A DNA stretch of 60,056 nt from a virus (lineage: Duplodnaviria; Caudoviricetes): the IMG/VR virus record IMGVR_UViG_3300033156_000984, positions 1 to 60,056 of that record, one strand, 5' to 3'. How positions within the stretch are numbered: the stretch's first letter is position 1; the number at the start of each line of letters is the position of its first letter. This document shows positions 50,136 through 59,189 of this stretch, piece by piece. The position numbers and the translations under genes were made by a program. A model generated the notes under the pieces. It worked only from the letters and a program-made list of their open reading frames with translations. It searched no databases and was not told where the DNA came from.

Positions 50136-51329
50136 TCATTCAGCTCCATCCTTTACTTCTTCAATCGGTAATTTTTCAATCTTATTACCAAGTATCATGA
50201 TATTCCTATCCCCATCCTCTACCTCAGGTAGATTAATACCATAAATCCTAGATAATATTCTACGTGATTCGTTAATTGTAATTGCACCATAACGTATTGC
50301 ATCAGATATACTACGTAAAATAATTTCATCCTCACCCGGTGATGAGACTAGGAATTTTAATGAATATTCTTCACCAAATGATGGTACTATCAACTGATTA
50401 GTTAATTTACGTGCTATAATACTTAATAATGGTTTAATAGTACGTTCAGTAGTTATCTTTACAGAGAACGGTAGGTTAGTTTTAGAAGTAGTTTCAGTTG
50501 CATAACCAAAATCACCGGGATTAATACCGAAATTCTGAAATACAATTGATTCAAGCTGTAATTTCACTTCTGGATATGATTTATAATCAAATTTACTAGC
50601 AAGCTCAATCCATGATACGTCATCTGAGGTTACACCACGCATGATAGGTATTTCTTGCGCTTCCTCAAGCTGTTGTTTTAGTTTTTCGTATTCTTCATCA
50701 TTTAAATAAGGTACTAACAAGATACCATCAGGTGTGGTACCACCTAAGTAATCCATTAAATTACGTGAAGCTAATACTAATGAAGCAACCTCAACCTCGA
50801 TTGTATTTAATATTGGAAATCCCCAAATTTTGTTGCTACGTGTATGATAAACCATATGAATAATTTCATTACGCTTAAATTTAATTTCCTTACCTTCAAT
50901 TTTTTGAATATATGATAGAATCCTGCCGTGGTCATCAACCTCAATCTCGAAATGATGCGGCGCACGTACCCATAGCTCTACAATTTCATGTCCTCTAGTA
51001 CGTACTATTTCAATGAATGAAATATCATATAAGACTAAATCGAATACGATTTTCTGTACTAGATCATTTAAATCTTCATAGTTTACATTGATTGCTTTCA
51101 ACCAATCTTCGATTTCTTTACATGCTGAAGGATCGGGTCCTGCAACAAACCATATAGCTTCACCAGCTAGTTTACTTAGGAAATCTACACATTGACGTAC
51201 TATAGCTACCTTCTCATAAATTGTTTCAATTAATGGGAATGATAATCTACCTGCGGGTTTTAATTTATTAGTAAATAATCTATCAGTAGTTACCGTACCT
51301 TTAGGCGTAGGCATTTTTATCCTAACCAC
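50136..51329 (-). CDS. Portal protein
   Basis: FIEIVR...IVELW, EIIH...WGFP, FGINP, GAITINESR, DGDR. Confidence 0.88.
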   Translation of the reverse strand: MVRIKMPTPKGTVTTDRLFTNKLKPAGRLSFPLIETIYEKVAIVRQCVDFLSKLAGEAIWFVAGPDPSACKEIEDWLKAINVNYEDLNDLVQKIVFDLVLYDISFIEIVRTRGHEIVELWVRAPHHFEIEVDDHGRILSYIQKIEGKEIKFKRNEIIHMVYHTRSNKIWGFPILNTIEVEVASLVLASRNLMDYLGGTTPDGILLVPYLNDEEYEKLKQQLEEAQEIPIMRGVTSDDVSWIELASKFDYKSYPEVKLQLESIVFQNFGINPGDFGYATETTSKTNLPFSVKITTERTIKPLLSIIARKLTNQLIVPSFGEEYSLKFLVSSPGEDEIILRSISDAIRYGAITINESRRILSRIYGINLPEVEDGDRNIMILGNKIEKLPIEEVKDGAE

Positions 51330-51338
51330 CTTTCTTCA

Positions 51339-52814
51339 TCATGTAAATACCTTAATTACCTTGGGTTTCATTTGGATTGTTTCAATCTTGATAGGTGGGC
51401 GAAATGTGCGTTCTGATATACCTTCAAGAGCATAGTATAACGCATCTACACAATCATCATGCTTTGAATGTGGGAAGGTTAATAATTGTGTAAACATTTT
51501 ATCCCAATCTATTTCCTCATTAAATATTATGTGTCCATTCTCAAATTTTGTCAAATATTTTGTAAACCTCATTACCTTGCTTTCTGATGCTATACTACCT
51601 TTAATATCGAAACCATCTTGTAATAACTGATCATGTAACATTTTGAAACCTGTTACTTCCATATTAATGAATTTTGTATTCCATTTATGCTCAAGATTAA
51701 TTAAATGTGATTTAATCTGTTCATAACTAAATTTGCCTGCTAAATAATCAAGTATATATACCTTCTCAGGGTAATCTGGATTAATACCTACTACAACGAA
51801 ACATGTTTCATCAGGTCCTGAACCTGAAGCTGGATCTATGCCTATACCAGTTAACCAGGTTGATCTATCGAAATCAGTTCTATCTGTTATCAACCAGTAT
51901 GGCGAGATGATATTACCTTCCAGCTGTGAGAAATCCATCTGGTATTCAAGATTAAATCTTAAAGTACCCATGATACGTTTCCTACGTAGTAATTCTTCCG
52001 TTGGGAAGAATGATTCCCAAATTGAGTGTGGTTTACCTTCTGAATCGTAGTATAAAGCTTTAATTTTTAATGTTTTCATTAGTTTGTTTTTCATAATGTA
52101 AGCATGTAAATCTTCGGGTGAATGTGTTGTACCATTTACATGAATTCTACCACCTGCTAGCATCATTGGTAAGATTTCGTTAATGAATGTTTCAATTGTA
52201 CGTACAGCTGCTATACCTCTGCAATTATTTTTATCAACCAAATCATCGCATACTATTAAATCAACATGCCTTGCTCTGATGGTTGATTCCAAACCCAATG
52301 CTGTTAATGTTGGTGTATCCAATATTTTAGTTCGTTTTTTAACAGTGAACCTTAACTGATCCCATTGTAAATCTCGTGAGTACCATTCACCAAAAAATGA
52401 AATAAATACTGGATCTTGGAAATGTAGTTTCATTACGTTAGGTTGTAGTTTAGCTTGCGCTAATGTTTTTGATACAACTACTAATCTGATATCTGGATTT
52501 TTTAATATATTCCATAATACAAAAGCTCTATTACAAATCCAGCTTTTACCAAATCCTCTCGGTCCTAAGACTAATGTTTCTTTATTATCTAATTGAAATT
52601 TGAACATTTTCCTATGAAATGGTTGCAAATCCATCCTCAATACTATCATTATGAACATTTCCCATAGATTTTCTGATAGGATTAATTCGCCTGCTTCAAG
52701 ATATAATTCTCGTTCTATCAACTGGCATACCTTATCTTCAGCTTTACGTTTACGAGCTAAATTCACCATTTTACCTAGAACTACTCCCTCATTGGATACA
52801 TTAATACCTCCCAA
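51339..52814 (-). CDS. terL: Terminase large subunit
   Basis: Walker A GPRGFGKS, Walker B LIVCDD, nuclease GIDPA...HDDCVDA. Confidence 0.93.
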   Translation of the reverse strand: MGGINVSNEGVVLGKMVNLARKRKAEDKVCQLIERELYLEAGELILSENLWEMFIMIVLRMDLQPFHRKMFKFQLDNKETLVLGPRGFGKSWICNRAFVLWNILKNPDIRLVVVSKTLAQAKLQPNVMKLHFQDPVFISFFGEWYSRDLQWDQLRFTVKKRTKILDTPTLTALGLESTIRARHVDLIVCDDLVDKNNCRGIAAVRTIETFINEILPMMLAGGRIHVNGTTHSPEDLHAYIMKNKLMKTLKIKALYYDSEGKPHSIWESFFPTEELLRRKRIMGTLRFNLEYQMDFSQLEGNIISPYWLITDRTDFDRSTWLTGIGIDPASGSGPDETCFVVVGINPDYPEKVYILDYLAGKFSYEQIKSHLINLEHKWNTKFINMEVTGFKMLHDQLLQDGFDIKGSIASESKVMRFTKYLTKFENGHIIFNEEIDWDKMFTQLLTFPHSKHDDCVDALYYALEGISERTFRPPIKIETIQMKPKVIKVFT

Positions 52815-53134
52815 CCTGTGCCTCTACCATCTGATTTAATTAGTTCATAGCTCCATGAATTGATTGGATTGCCTTTTGAATCGTTTTCGTACCATCGCAT
52901 TAGGATATCATATTCGTTTGAAGTAATTAGATATATAACCCGATCACTGCAATGGAATTCATCTAATCCAATTATATTATACCTCTTATTTAAGGATTCT
53001 ATCACATTAATTGCATTTAATTTTTGTTCTAATGTTAGGTTATCTAATTGCATGATTCGTGGTTCTACTAAATTAACTGCACAGGATTGTAGAAATATTA
53101 ATAATATTAAACTACTATGGCGCAGGAGCTTCAT
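52781..53134 (-). CDS. Putative lipoprotein
   Basis: Basic N-terminus, hydrophobic core, lipobox LQSC. Confidence 0.65.
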   Translation of the reverse strand: MKLLRHSSLILLIFLQSCAVNLVEPRIMQLDNLTLEQKLNAINVIESLNKRYNIIGLDEFHCSDRVIYLITSNEYDILMRWYENDSKGNPINSWSYELIKSDGRGTGWEVLMYPMRE

Positions 53135-53465
53135 CCTTACCTAGATTATTTAGGTATTCAATCATAGCGTTCCATGTTGATAAACCTAATTCAAAACCTA
53201 GAATACCTTGAAGTACTAATAATCCGTTTGATACTAAGACCATAGGTGATTCTGTTTCGTCATACATCATGCTGAAATAAATTGCATAGCTGCGGTTATC
53301 ATCCTCGGTTATGATATCAGCTTTGAATTGAAGTGTGATATCTTGGTATGGGATATAGAAGAACACTGAATCATCATAAATATCTACATCTACCTTCAAA
53401 GCGGATGGATTATAGACTACTATCTCATGATTACTTATTACATAATCACGCATTGGTTCTAACAC
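53115..53465 (-). CDS. Hypothetical acidic protein
   Basis: SD AAGGAGGTG upstream. Confidence 0.7.
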   Translation of the reverse strand: MLEPMRDYVISNHEIVVYNPSALKVDVDIYDDSVFFYIPYQDITLQFKADIITEDDNRSYAIYFSMMYDETESPMVLVSNGLLVLQGILGFELGLSTWNAMIEYLNNLGKDEAPAP

Positions 53466-53489
53466 CTCCTTATTTTATTTTAGAACATT

Positions 53490-53721
53490 AAAGGAAGGAG
53501 GATGCTAAATCACAGGCAAGGTGGTATATGTGTGGTGATGCACTTTAATTTATTCCTGAAGAAGGGAGGGATGTGGAAGGCAAGTAAGCGAGCGAAAGGC
53601 AGGCGGCATACACCACACATATACTTTTGAGCGATATTCAGTTGTCCGAGTGAGGGAATGTGGGTTGGAGGTGATGGGCATATTCCCTCATCCTTTGAAT
53701 TTCTAGCATCCTCCTTCCTTT
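53490..53721. ncRNA. Candidate structured non-coding RNA (three-stem junction)
   Basis: 18-bp closing stem 53490-53507/53704-53721; 14-bp stem 53524-53537/53611-53624; 12-bp stem 53651-53662/53679-53690. Confidence 0.55.
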
Positions 53722-53725
53722 TCAT

Positions 53726-54982
53726 TTATTTATTGTGGAATAATCCAAATTCCTGTTCTAATCGTTTATTAGCGATTTCTATATAATCTGGATTTAATTC
53801 TATGCCAATCCAATTTCTACCTAATCGTTGTGCTACTATAGCTACTGTACCTGAACCCATGAATGGATCAAGTACAATACCAGCTTCCCAGCCTGCATTG
53901 CAACCACAATCAGTCCAGCCGATGCATTTACGTATCGCTACTGCATGTAAGGTACTATCATATGTCCCATGTGTTATAAATTCGGTATCAGCAGTATAAG
54001 GTTTGGGTTCGCTTTGTTTAATTACTTTAGTTCTTTCAATTATTCGTTCACGTGGTTTACCACATTTCTTGCAAACCCATCTTGGACAGCTTGATTTAAT
54101 CATTGGTTCAATTAATCTAGGTGGAAAGGTTGCAAAATGCGCATCCTTGAAAGGTTGTACTGGTATTGTCCATAAATCGCCTGGGTTTTTGCCGATGATG
54201 AATTCTTCTGAATTATGTCCGTTCAGTAGTTCTATCATAGTATCCGATTCATATTCGACCCTTACAGCATCTAGATCAAACCAGTATTTTTTATTTTTAA
54301 CCAGCATAAATATGGGTTCATATGCTCTGGTGAACCTATCCTTCACGCTGTCCGGTAAATGGTTTGGTTTATACCAAATTACTATGTTACGTAATATCCA
54401 GTCTTGCTCGTCGATCATGCGTAATATTAACCTATAATTTTGTAGCGCTAAGCATTTTGGTTTTAGTTTCGATTGCGGGGAAGGTTTGTATCTATATAAT
54501 TCAGATCTTGAAATGCTTGCAGTCTCACGCCAATCATATCTGCCGCAGTTGCTGCCACCATAACAATCACCATGATTCCAGTACATTACTCCTGTATCCT
54601 TTAATACACGTTTCAATTCAGCGGTTATTTGTAATAGATGATCAATATACATTTCTAATGTTGGTTCTAATCCTAATTGACCATACCATGCACCACATTT
54701 TTTACAGAATGCAAATCGTTGCGTGAAATGTAGGTGATCCTTAAAGTTGCCTATGCTGTTTTTTGTACCACCACGATATCGCATTCCTTCCTGGAATTGC
54801 CATTCGTGTTCACAGTTCGGATCACCATCCCATACCTTGAAAGTGCTTTCCCCATAGTACCTTAAACCCCAGTACGGAGGTGAGGTTATTATGCAATCTA
54901 CAAAATTGTCTGGCATTTGTTTTAGTACCTCTAATGCATCACCTTGATGAATCTTGTTTAGCCAGTCTGACTTTGTCTTCAT
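53726..54982 (-). CDS. DNA methyltransferase, beta class (N4-C/N6-A), with Cys-rich insertions
   Basis: Motif IV TSPPY precedes motif I DPFMGSGT; HFATFP; CEHEW/CKKC and CKKC/CGC inserts. Confidence 0.92.
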   Translation of the reverse strand: MKTKSDWLNKIHQGDALEVLKQMPDNFVDCIITSPPYWGLRYYGESTFKVWDGDPNCEHEWQFQEGMRYRGGTKNSIGNFKDHLHFTQRFAFCKKCGAWYGQLGLEPTLEMYIDHLLQITAELKRVLKDTGVMYWNHGDCYGGSNCGRYDWRETASISRSELYRYKPSPQSKLKPKCLALQNYRLILRMIDEQDWILRNIVIWYKPNHLPDSVKDRFTRAYEPIFMLVKNKKYWFDLDAVRVEYESDTMIELLNGHNSEEFIIGKNPGDLWTIPVQPFKDAHFATFPPRLIEPMIKSSCPRWVCKKCGKPRERIIERTKVIKQSEPKPYTADTEFITHGTYDSTLHAVAIRKCIGWTDCGCNAGWEAGIVLDPFMGSGTVAIVAQRLGRNWIGIELNPDYIEIANKRLEQEFGLFHNK

Positions 54983-55111
54983 TATTAATCATTGTCCTCC
55001 TTCCATTATTATACAATTTTATGGTGATGATTTCAAAATAACGTAAGCCTCGGCTTTTACTACGTAGCTCACGCCATGTGTAGGGGTTGTCTAAATCACC
55101 ATAGTTTATCA

Positions 55112-55291
55112 TCATATCCTTACACCATATTTGTCAAATATTACTAGGATCCTGTCAGCTAGGTTGTAATAATCCGTTAGTTCAAATTCATTCAACTCCT
55201 CAAATTCTTTGCGTGATTCGTTTTCTTTCGTTAGTTCATTATACATTAATCGTGCTAGTTCTTCACGTATTACATGACGTAGCATGTACAT
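55112..55291 (-). CDS. 59-aa hypothetical protein (below the ORF track cutoff)
   Basis: GGAGG then ATG; MYMLRHVIREELARLMY...DKYGVRI. Confidence 0.6.
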   Translation of the reverse strand: MYMLRHVIREELARLMYNELTKENESRKEFEELNEFELTDYYNLADRILVIFDKYGVRI

Positions 55292-55350
55292 GGTTTTTTG
55301 TTGCCTCCTTTCTACTCATAATTTTTTCAACAATTAGTTCTTCTATACTT

Positions 55351-55875
55351 CTATACTTCTATACTTCTGTGACCTATCAGGATCTTAGATTTTAATGAAG
55401 TAATATCAATGTCTAGCTCTGGGAATTTTTTTCTTAGTTTTATGATTACATTCTCTATGTCTTCATCAGATATTTGACCTTTTAATAAATAAGCATCTAG
55501 GTACCATTTTAGTTCACGCCAGATTACCTTCGATTTGCTATAGTTGGGTAGCCTTATCATGTTTTTCCAAGTTGTTATAGTGAAGGGGGCTACCTTTAAT
55601 AAATTGCTTAGTCTCTTGGTTCCTCCTATGGGAGATAATACATTGATTAATACCGATGCTTTGATGCGAAGGGAATAGTCGTCTAAAAGTTCTTGAAGTT
55701 TTTCGATTGCATTATCAAGCTGAAGTCTGGATATCTTCCCTCGGGTTAGCCACCTGGAAACGCCTGCTTCAGTTACATCTAGACGATCTGCTAGCTCTTG
55801 TAATGTGAAGCCTCGGCATTTCAATAAATATCTCAGGTTCTCAAGTACCCAGTTTTGTTTTTGCATGTGCAGCAC
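55351..55875 (-). CDS. XRE-family regulator with two HTH-like domains
   Basis: RGFTLQELADRLDVTEAGVSRW; second LSNLLKVAPFTITTW. Confidence 0.8.
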   Translation of the reverse strand: MLHMQKQNWVLENLRYLLKCRGFTLQELADRLDVTEAGVSRWLTRGKISRLQLDNAIEKLQELLDDYSLRIKASVLINVLSPIGGTKRLSNLLKVAPFTITTWKNMIRLPNYSKSKVIWRELKWYLDAYLLKGQISDEDIENVIIKLRKKFPELDIDITSLKSKILIGHRSIEV

Positions 55876-55957
55876 TCCTCTCTTATGGGGTTTAATCTTT
55901 AATACTGCTTCAGGGTAACGACTAAAGCTTTACCATAAAAAGAAGTATATTTATCGC

Positions 55958-56473
55958 TCATTGTATTCCTTCTTTGATTAAAATTTGTTTCACTTGAGTT
56001 GATGAAAGATGAGGTTTTAACGCTGTGATACCTTGTATTATGGATTGTATATTAATGTTGGGTCTTAAGGTGCGTAGATACATGGCTGTCGTTATTACGA
56101 ATAGCTCTTGAATCATGAAATTGCCATATCTATCTACTATAGTATCAAGCATCGCTCGATCTTTATTCGATAATCTATACGATGATTCTTTCTTGGTATG
56201 ATGAAAGTAGCCTCTCAAAGGATCCCATTTCGATGTAATTAATTCTGCAGAATTCGCTGCTGCTATATAGTATCCTATTAAATGAGAATATATGCCTCTG
56301 TGATATAGCTCATAACGATAATCTTCATGCATCTTTCTTTCAAATATATACATTAAGTATTGTATGGTCGATTCTCCTATCTGTTTGCCAGGATATTTCT
56401 CTTCTAATTTTTTTACTAAATAATATATAATGTTTATCATGCGTAAGGTTTCTTTCATGTTTTGATACCTCAA
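55958..56473 (-). CDS. YwgA/DUF4065-like protein
   Basis: TIQYLMYI...YELYHRGIYS resembles the QKLxY...YxxYxxGPYS pattern. Confidence 0.4.
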   Translation of the reverse strand: MRYQNMKETLRMINIIYYLVKKLEEKYPGKQIGESTIQYLMYIFERKMHEDYRYELYHRGIYSHLIGYYIAAANSAELITSKWDPLRGYFHHTKKESSYRLSNKDRAMLDTIVDRYGNFMIQELFVITTAMYLRTLRPNINIQSIIQGITALKPHLSSTQVKQILIKEGIQ

Positions 56474-56482
56474 CTTTCTACT

Positions 56483-56740
56483 TTATATAATGGCTTCTTG
56501 TGGTTCATTATATATTTCTATCGGTTCTTCAAAGTGCTTTATGAGCTGAAGTGCTAGCGATACCGCAGACCTTATTTCGGGATAACGGAATTCCTGAATT
56601 GAGATGATTTTTTCTTTGCCTTCTTTAACTACTTTGTTCACAGCTTCTTTGTCTTCTTTCTTTTTAACCTCGCTTACCATTAAGCTCCAAGTTGCAGTAT
56701 TTGGATAACGACTTATGACTATCCTTATGTCTTTGTTCAT
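56483..56740 (-). CDS. Hypothetical protein, first gene of the - arm
   Basis: SD AAAGGAG. Confidence 0.72.
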   Translation of the reverse strand: MNKDIRIVISRYPNTATWSLMVSEVKKKEDKEAVNKVVKEGKEKIISIQEFRYPEIRSAVSLALQLIKHFEEPIEIYNEPQEAII

Positions 56741-56783
56741 TATTTAACACTCCTTTCTTTGAGAATTTTCTTCTTCTGATATT

Positions 56784-56812
56784 ATTTAATAATAAGATGA
56801 TTGGGATGTCAA
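56784..56812 (-). promoter_or_regulatory. Leftward sigma70-type promoter
   Basis: TTGACA on the - strand (56812-56807) preceded by a T-tract; weaker -10 (TTAAAT at 17 nt). Confidence 0.5.
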
Positions 56813-57129
56813 GAAAAAAATGATGAAAAGAAGAAATTTTTTTAAGGAAGTGGTGTGGATATTGGGGTTGGGTGCTGAGGTTGGGTGCTGAGTGCGTTGA
56901 ATTGGATTTTTAGGAAAAATTTGTGGCAAGTCTAGTGCCACGCCCAGCAGGGTTTGATTTTTTCTGATAGGGTTTAAATTCAATGACGCCAAAATATTCT
57001 TATTAAGATAAAAATTCATCTATACCAAAAAATTATCACTATGACAATAATTCTGCTAAAATTAAGTTTTTCAAGATATGCTAAATTGTGGTGGTGAACT
57101 GGATTATCCGGCAATAGTGCATTTTTTTA

Positions 57130-57159
57130 TTGACAAATAGGGTGGTAGCGTGGTATAGT
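57130..57159 (+). promoter_or_regulatory. Rightward sigma70-type promoter
   Basis: TTGACA, 18-nt spacer, TATAGT with extended TGn; T-tract upstream. Confidence 0.72.
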
Positions 57160-57167
57160 ATATACAG

Positions 57168-57195
57168 GGCAAGGCAAGGCAAGGCAAGGCAAGGC
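57168..57195 (+). repeat. (GGCAA)5 GGC tandem repeat in the 5' leader
   Basis: Read directly; its complement CTTGCCTTGCCTTGCC lies at 57449-57464. Confidence 0.9.
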
Positions 57196-57219
57196 TAACA
57201 CAAAAAGGGGGGTGTAAAT

Positions 57220-57438
57220 ATGATAAGAGATAAGATCAAGCAGGTAAAAGAGGATAAGGATAATGTAAAAAAGATATGGAAAACACTACTTCAAATAGCA
57301 AGAGATCAAGGGTATAAAAATAATCCAGATATTGCCGCGTTTATGCTTCAAATAAGAGCAACCCTTACCAAAAAAGAGATTGTCGATTGGATAAAAGCAA
57401 ATCTTCAGCAAGGATCAGCACCGGATAACATAATATAA
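57220..57438 (+). CDS. Hypothetical protein, first gene of the + arm
   Basis: SD GGGGGTG. Confidence 0.72.
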   Translation: MIRDKIKQVKEDKDNVKKIWKTLLQIARDQGYKNNPDIAAFMLQIRATLTKKEIVDWIKANLQQGSAPDNII

Positions 57439-57494
57439 AAACAAAAATCTTGCCTTGCCTTGCCTCAAAAATTAAAAAAAGGAGGTAATTAAAA

Positions 57495-57704
57495 ATGAGG
57501 ATCACAAAAATAGGGAATTTAACAGATCAACCGGACAAAACCCTATACCAAATTAACTTGTGGGGTATTGAGTTAGAGGTTGCTGTTGATTATGATAATT
57601 TAGGTATAGAGATTGCAACCTTTAATATTGGCAATACTGATATTATGGATATATTTTGCGCTATGAAGGATCTAAACATAACGGATTGCATCATAGAAAT
57701 ATAA
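57495..57704 (+). CDS. Hypothetical protein, paralog family B
   Basis: SD GGAGGT; similar to the next gene. Confidence 0.72.
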   Translation: MRITKIGNLTDQPDKTLYQINLWGIELEVAVDYDNLGIEIATFNIGNTDIMDIFCAMKDLNITDCIIEI

Positions 57705-57720
57705 AAAAGGAGGTATAAAA

Positions 57721-57930
57721 ATGATCCAAATCTTAAGGGACGGCCGGCAAGGGGATTTGGAAATAGTAGAAATTTCCGTTGCACCAAAACTATTTATAAC
57801 TTTTGGCTATGATCCTCTTGCTGGAGAAAACGGACAAATTAAATTGTTAGAATGCAAGATTGCCGATATTGATCTTTTGGAGTATATTGGCAATCTTATT
57901 GAATTGGGTATTATGGAGGCATATATATAA
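57721..57930 (+). CDS. Hypothetical protein, paralog family B
   Basis: SD GGAGGT; similar to the previous gene. Confidence 0.72.
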   Translation: MIQILRDGRQGDLEIVEISVAPKLFITFGYDPLAGENGQIKLLECKIADIDLLEYIGNLIELGIMEAYI

Positions 57931-57936
57931 TCTTAC

Positions 57937-57964
57937 ATAGCCGGCTTTTGCCGGCTATCTTTTT
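57937..57964 (+). terminator. Rho-independent terminator
   Basis: ATAGCCGGC-TTTT-GCCGGCTAT followed by CTTTTT. Confidence 0.8.
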
Positions 57965-58460
57965 GCCCTATAATTTTAGTAAAATTAAATAATTTTTTGG
58001 TGATATTATGATTAAAAAAATATTTTCCCAAAATTGCAAGTATAATACAAAATATACTAAAAATTGCGCTTGTCAGATTGCGCTATATAAAGAGATCTCA
58101 CCGCACCCTATATATCTATATAGGGTGCGTTTTTTAATTTTAAAAAATAATCCTAAATCCTTGCAACAGGATTTAGGATTTTCAAAAAAATATTTTTATA
58201 ATAGCGTTAAAATAGAAAATCCCAAATTTAGCGCTATTATAAATAATTTTTCTATTGACGCTAAAATAGTATATCCTATTTTAGCGCTAACACAAAAAAT
58301 TTTCTATATAAATCCTAAAGATAAATATCCTTATTTAGAATTTATAAAGAAAATTTTCTTAATAAATCCTAAAGAGGATTTCTCCTTTTTAGGATATTCT
58401 AAAATCTTAACAATAGTTAGGATTGTTAATAATTTTTGGATTGTTAGGAAAATTATACTT

Positions 58461-58514
58461 GTTAGGATTTTTAAGATTTTTAGGATTGTTGGGATTGTTA
58501 GGATTGTTGGGATA
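58461..58514. repeat. Six degenerate 9-bp tandem repeats (consensus GTTAGGATT)
   Basis: gttaggatt tttaagatt tttaggatt gttgggatt gttaggatt gttgggata. Confidence 0.85.
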
Positions 58515-58615
58515 ATTAGAGATTTAAAATATATCCTCCTTAACTGGCTTCAAAAAATTGCAAAAAATTTTCTGATTTTAGAAAAGAAAAAAAATCACAA
58601 AAGGAGGGATTTAAA

Positions 58616-59050
58616 ATGAAGAAAACAAATTTCGAAAAGGAGGTAGAAAGAATTGTGGAAGATTTTGAAAAATTGAAAGAATTGCATCGGAAATTTCTAA
58701 AATGGAAAGAATTGGAAAAGGAATTTCAAAATGAAGAATATATTTCTCCAAAAGAAGTAAAACTTTTCTCGGAAATATGCCAACAATTAAAAAATAGAGG
58801 ATTAGACAACTTTGTAGTTTTTCTTGGAGGTTTTTTGGAAAAAAGATATCGTTGTGAACATCCTATAAGTTATCAAAAATTTTATTGGAAAGATGGTTTA
58901 AAAGAAGAAGGAGTTTTAGTATGTCTTGCTTGTGGAAGAATTCTCCAAAAATTTGGAGATGTTTATCCGGAAAGAAATTTCCGAAAATTTAAAAAATTCC
59001 CCAAAAAGATCCAACTTCGTCTAACAAAACCTGAGGATATTGAATTGTAA
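58616..59050 (+). CDS. Hypothetical protein with CxH...CxxC Zn motif
   Basis: CEHP...CLACG; SD GGAGGG. Confidence 0.72.
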   Translation: MKKTNFEKEVERIVEDFEKLKELHRKFLKWKELEKEFQNEEYISPKEVKLFSEICQQLKNRGLDNFVVFLGGFLEKRYRCEHPISYQKFYWKDGLKEEGVLVCLACGRILQKFGDVYPERNFRKFKKFPKKIQLRLTKPEDIEL

Positions 59051-59189
59051 AAAAAAAAAGAGAGAATAAAAAAAAGAAAATAAAAAAAGAAAATAAAAGA
59101 AAAAAAAGAAAGAAAATAAAATAGCGGGGAAATGGGAAATTTCCTCGCTAAATAATTAGTATATAAGAAAATTAAAGAGCTTCATAAAT

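Noticed and set aside
53556-53597. CTGAAGA...CGAAA resembling a hammerhead ribozyme core
   Set aside because: The intervening sequence is purine-rich and cannot form stem II; stems I and III are not evident.
53510-53725. 71-aa - strand ORF across the structured element
   Set aside because: No SD, atypical Pro/Cys-rich composition, and fully explained by the stem-loop sequence.
53726-54982. Methyltransferase as part of a restriction-modification system
   Set aside because: No adjacent endonuclease recognised; orphan methyltransferases of this type are common in phages.
55340-55367. (CTTCTATA)3 tandem repeat at the end of the XRE gene
   Set aside because: A short local slippage duplication with no evidence of function.
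56820-56891. Short + frame MMKRRNFFKEVVWILGLGAEVGC resembling a Tat signal peptide
   Set aside because: Only 23 codons, no convincing SD and no mature domain; likely chance.
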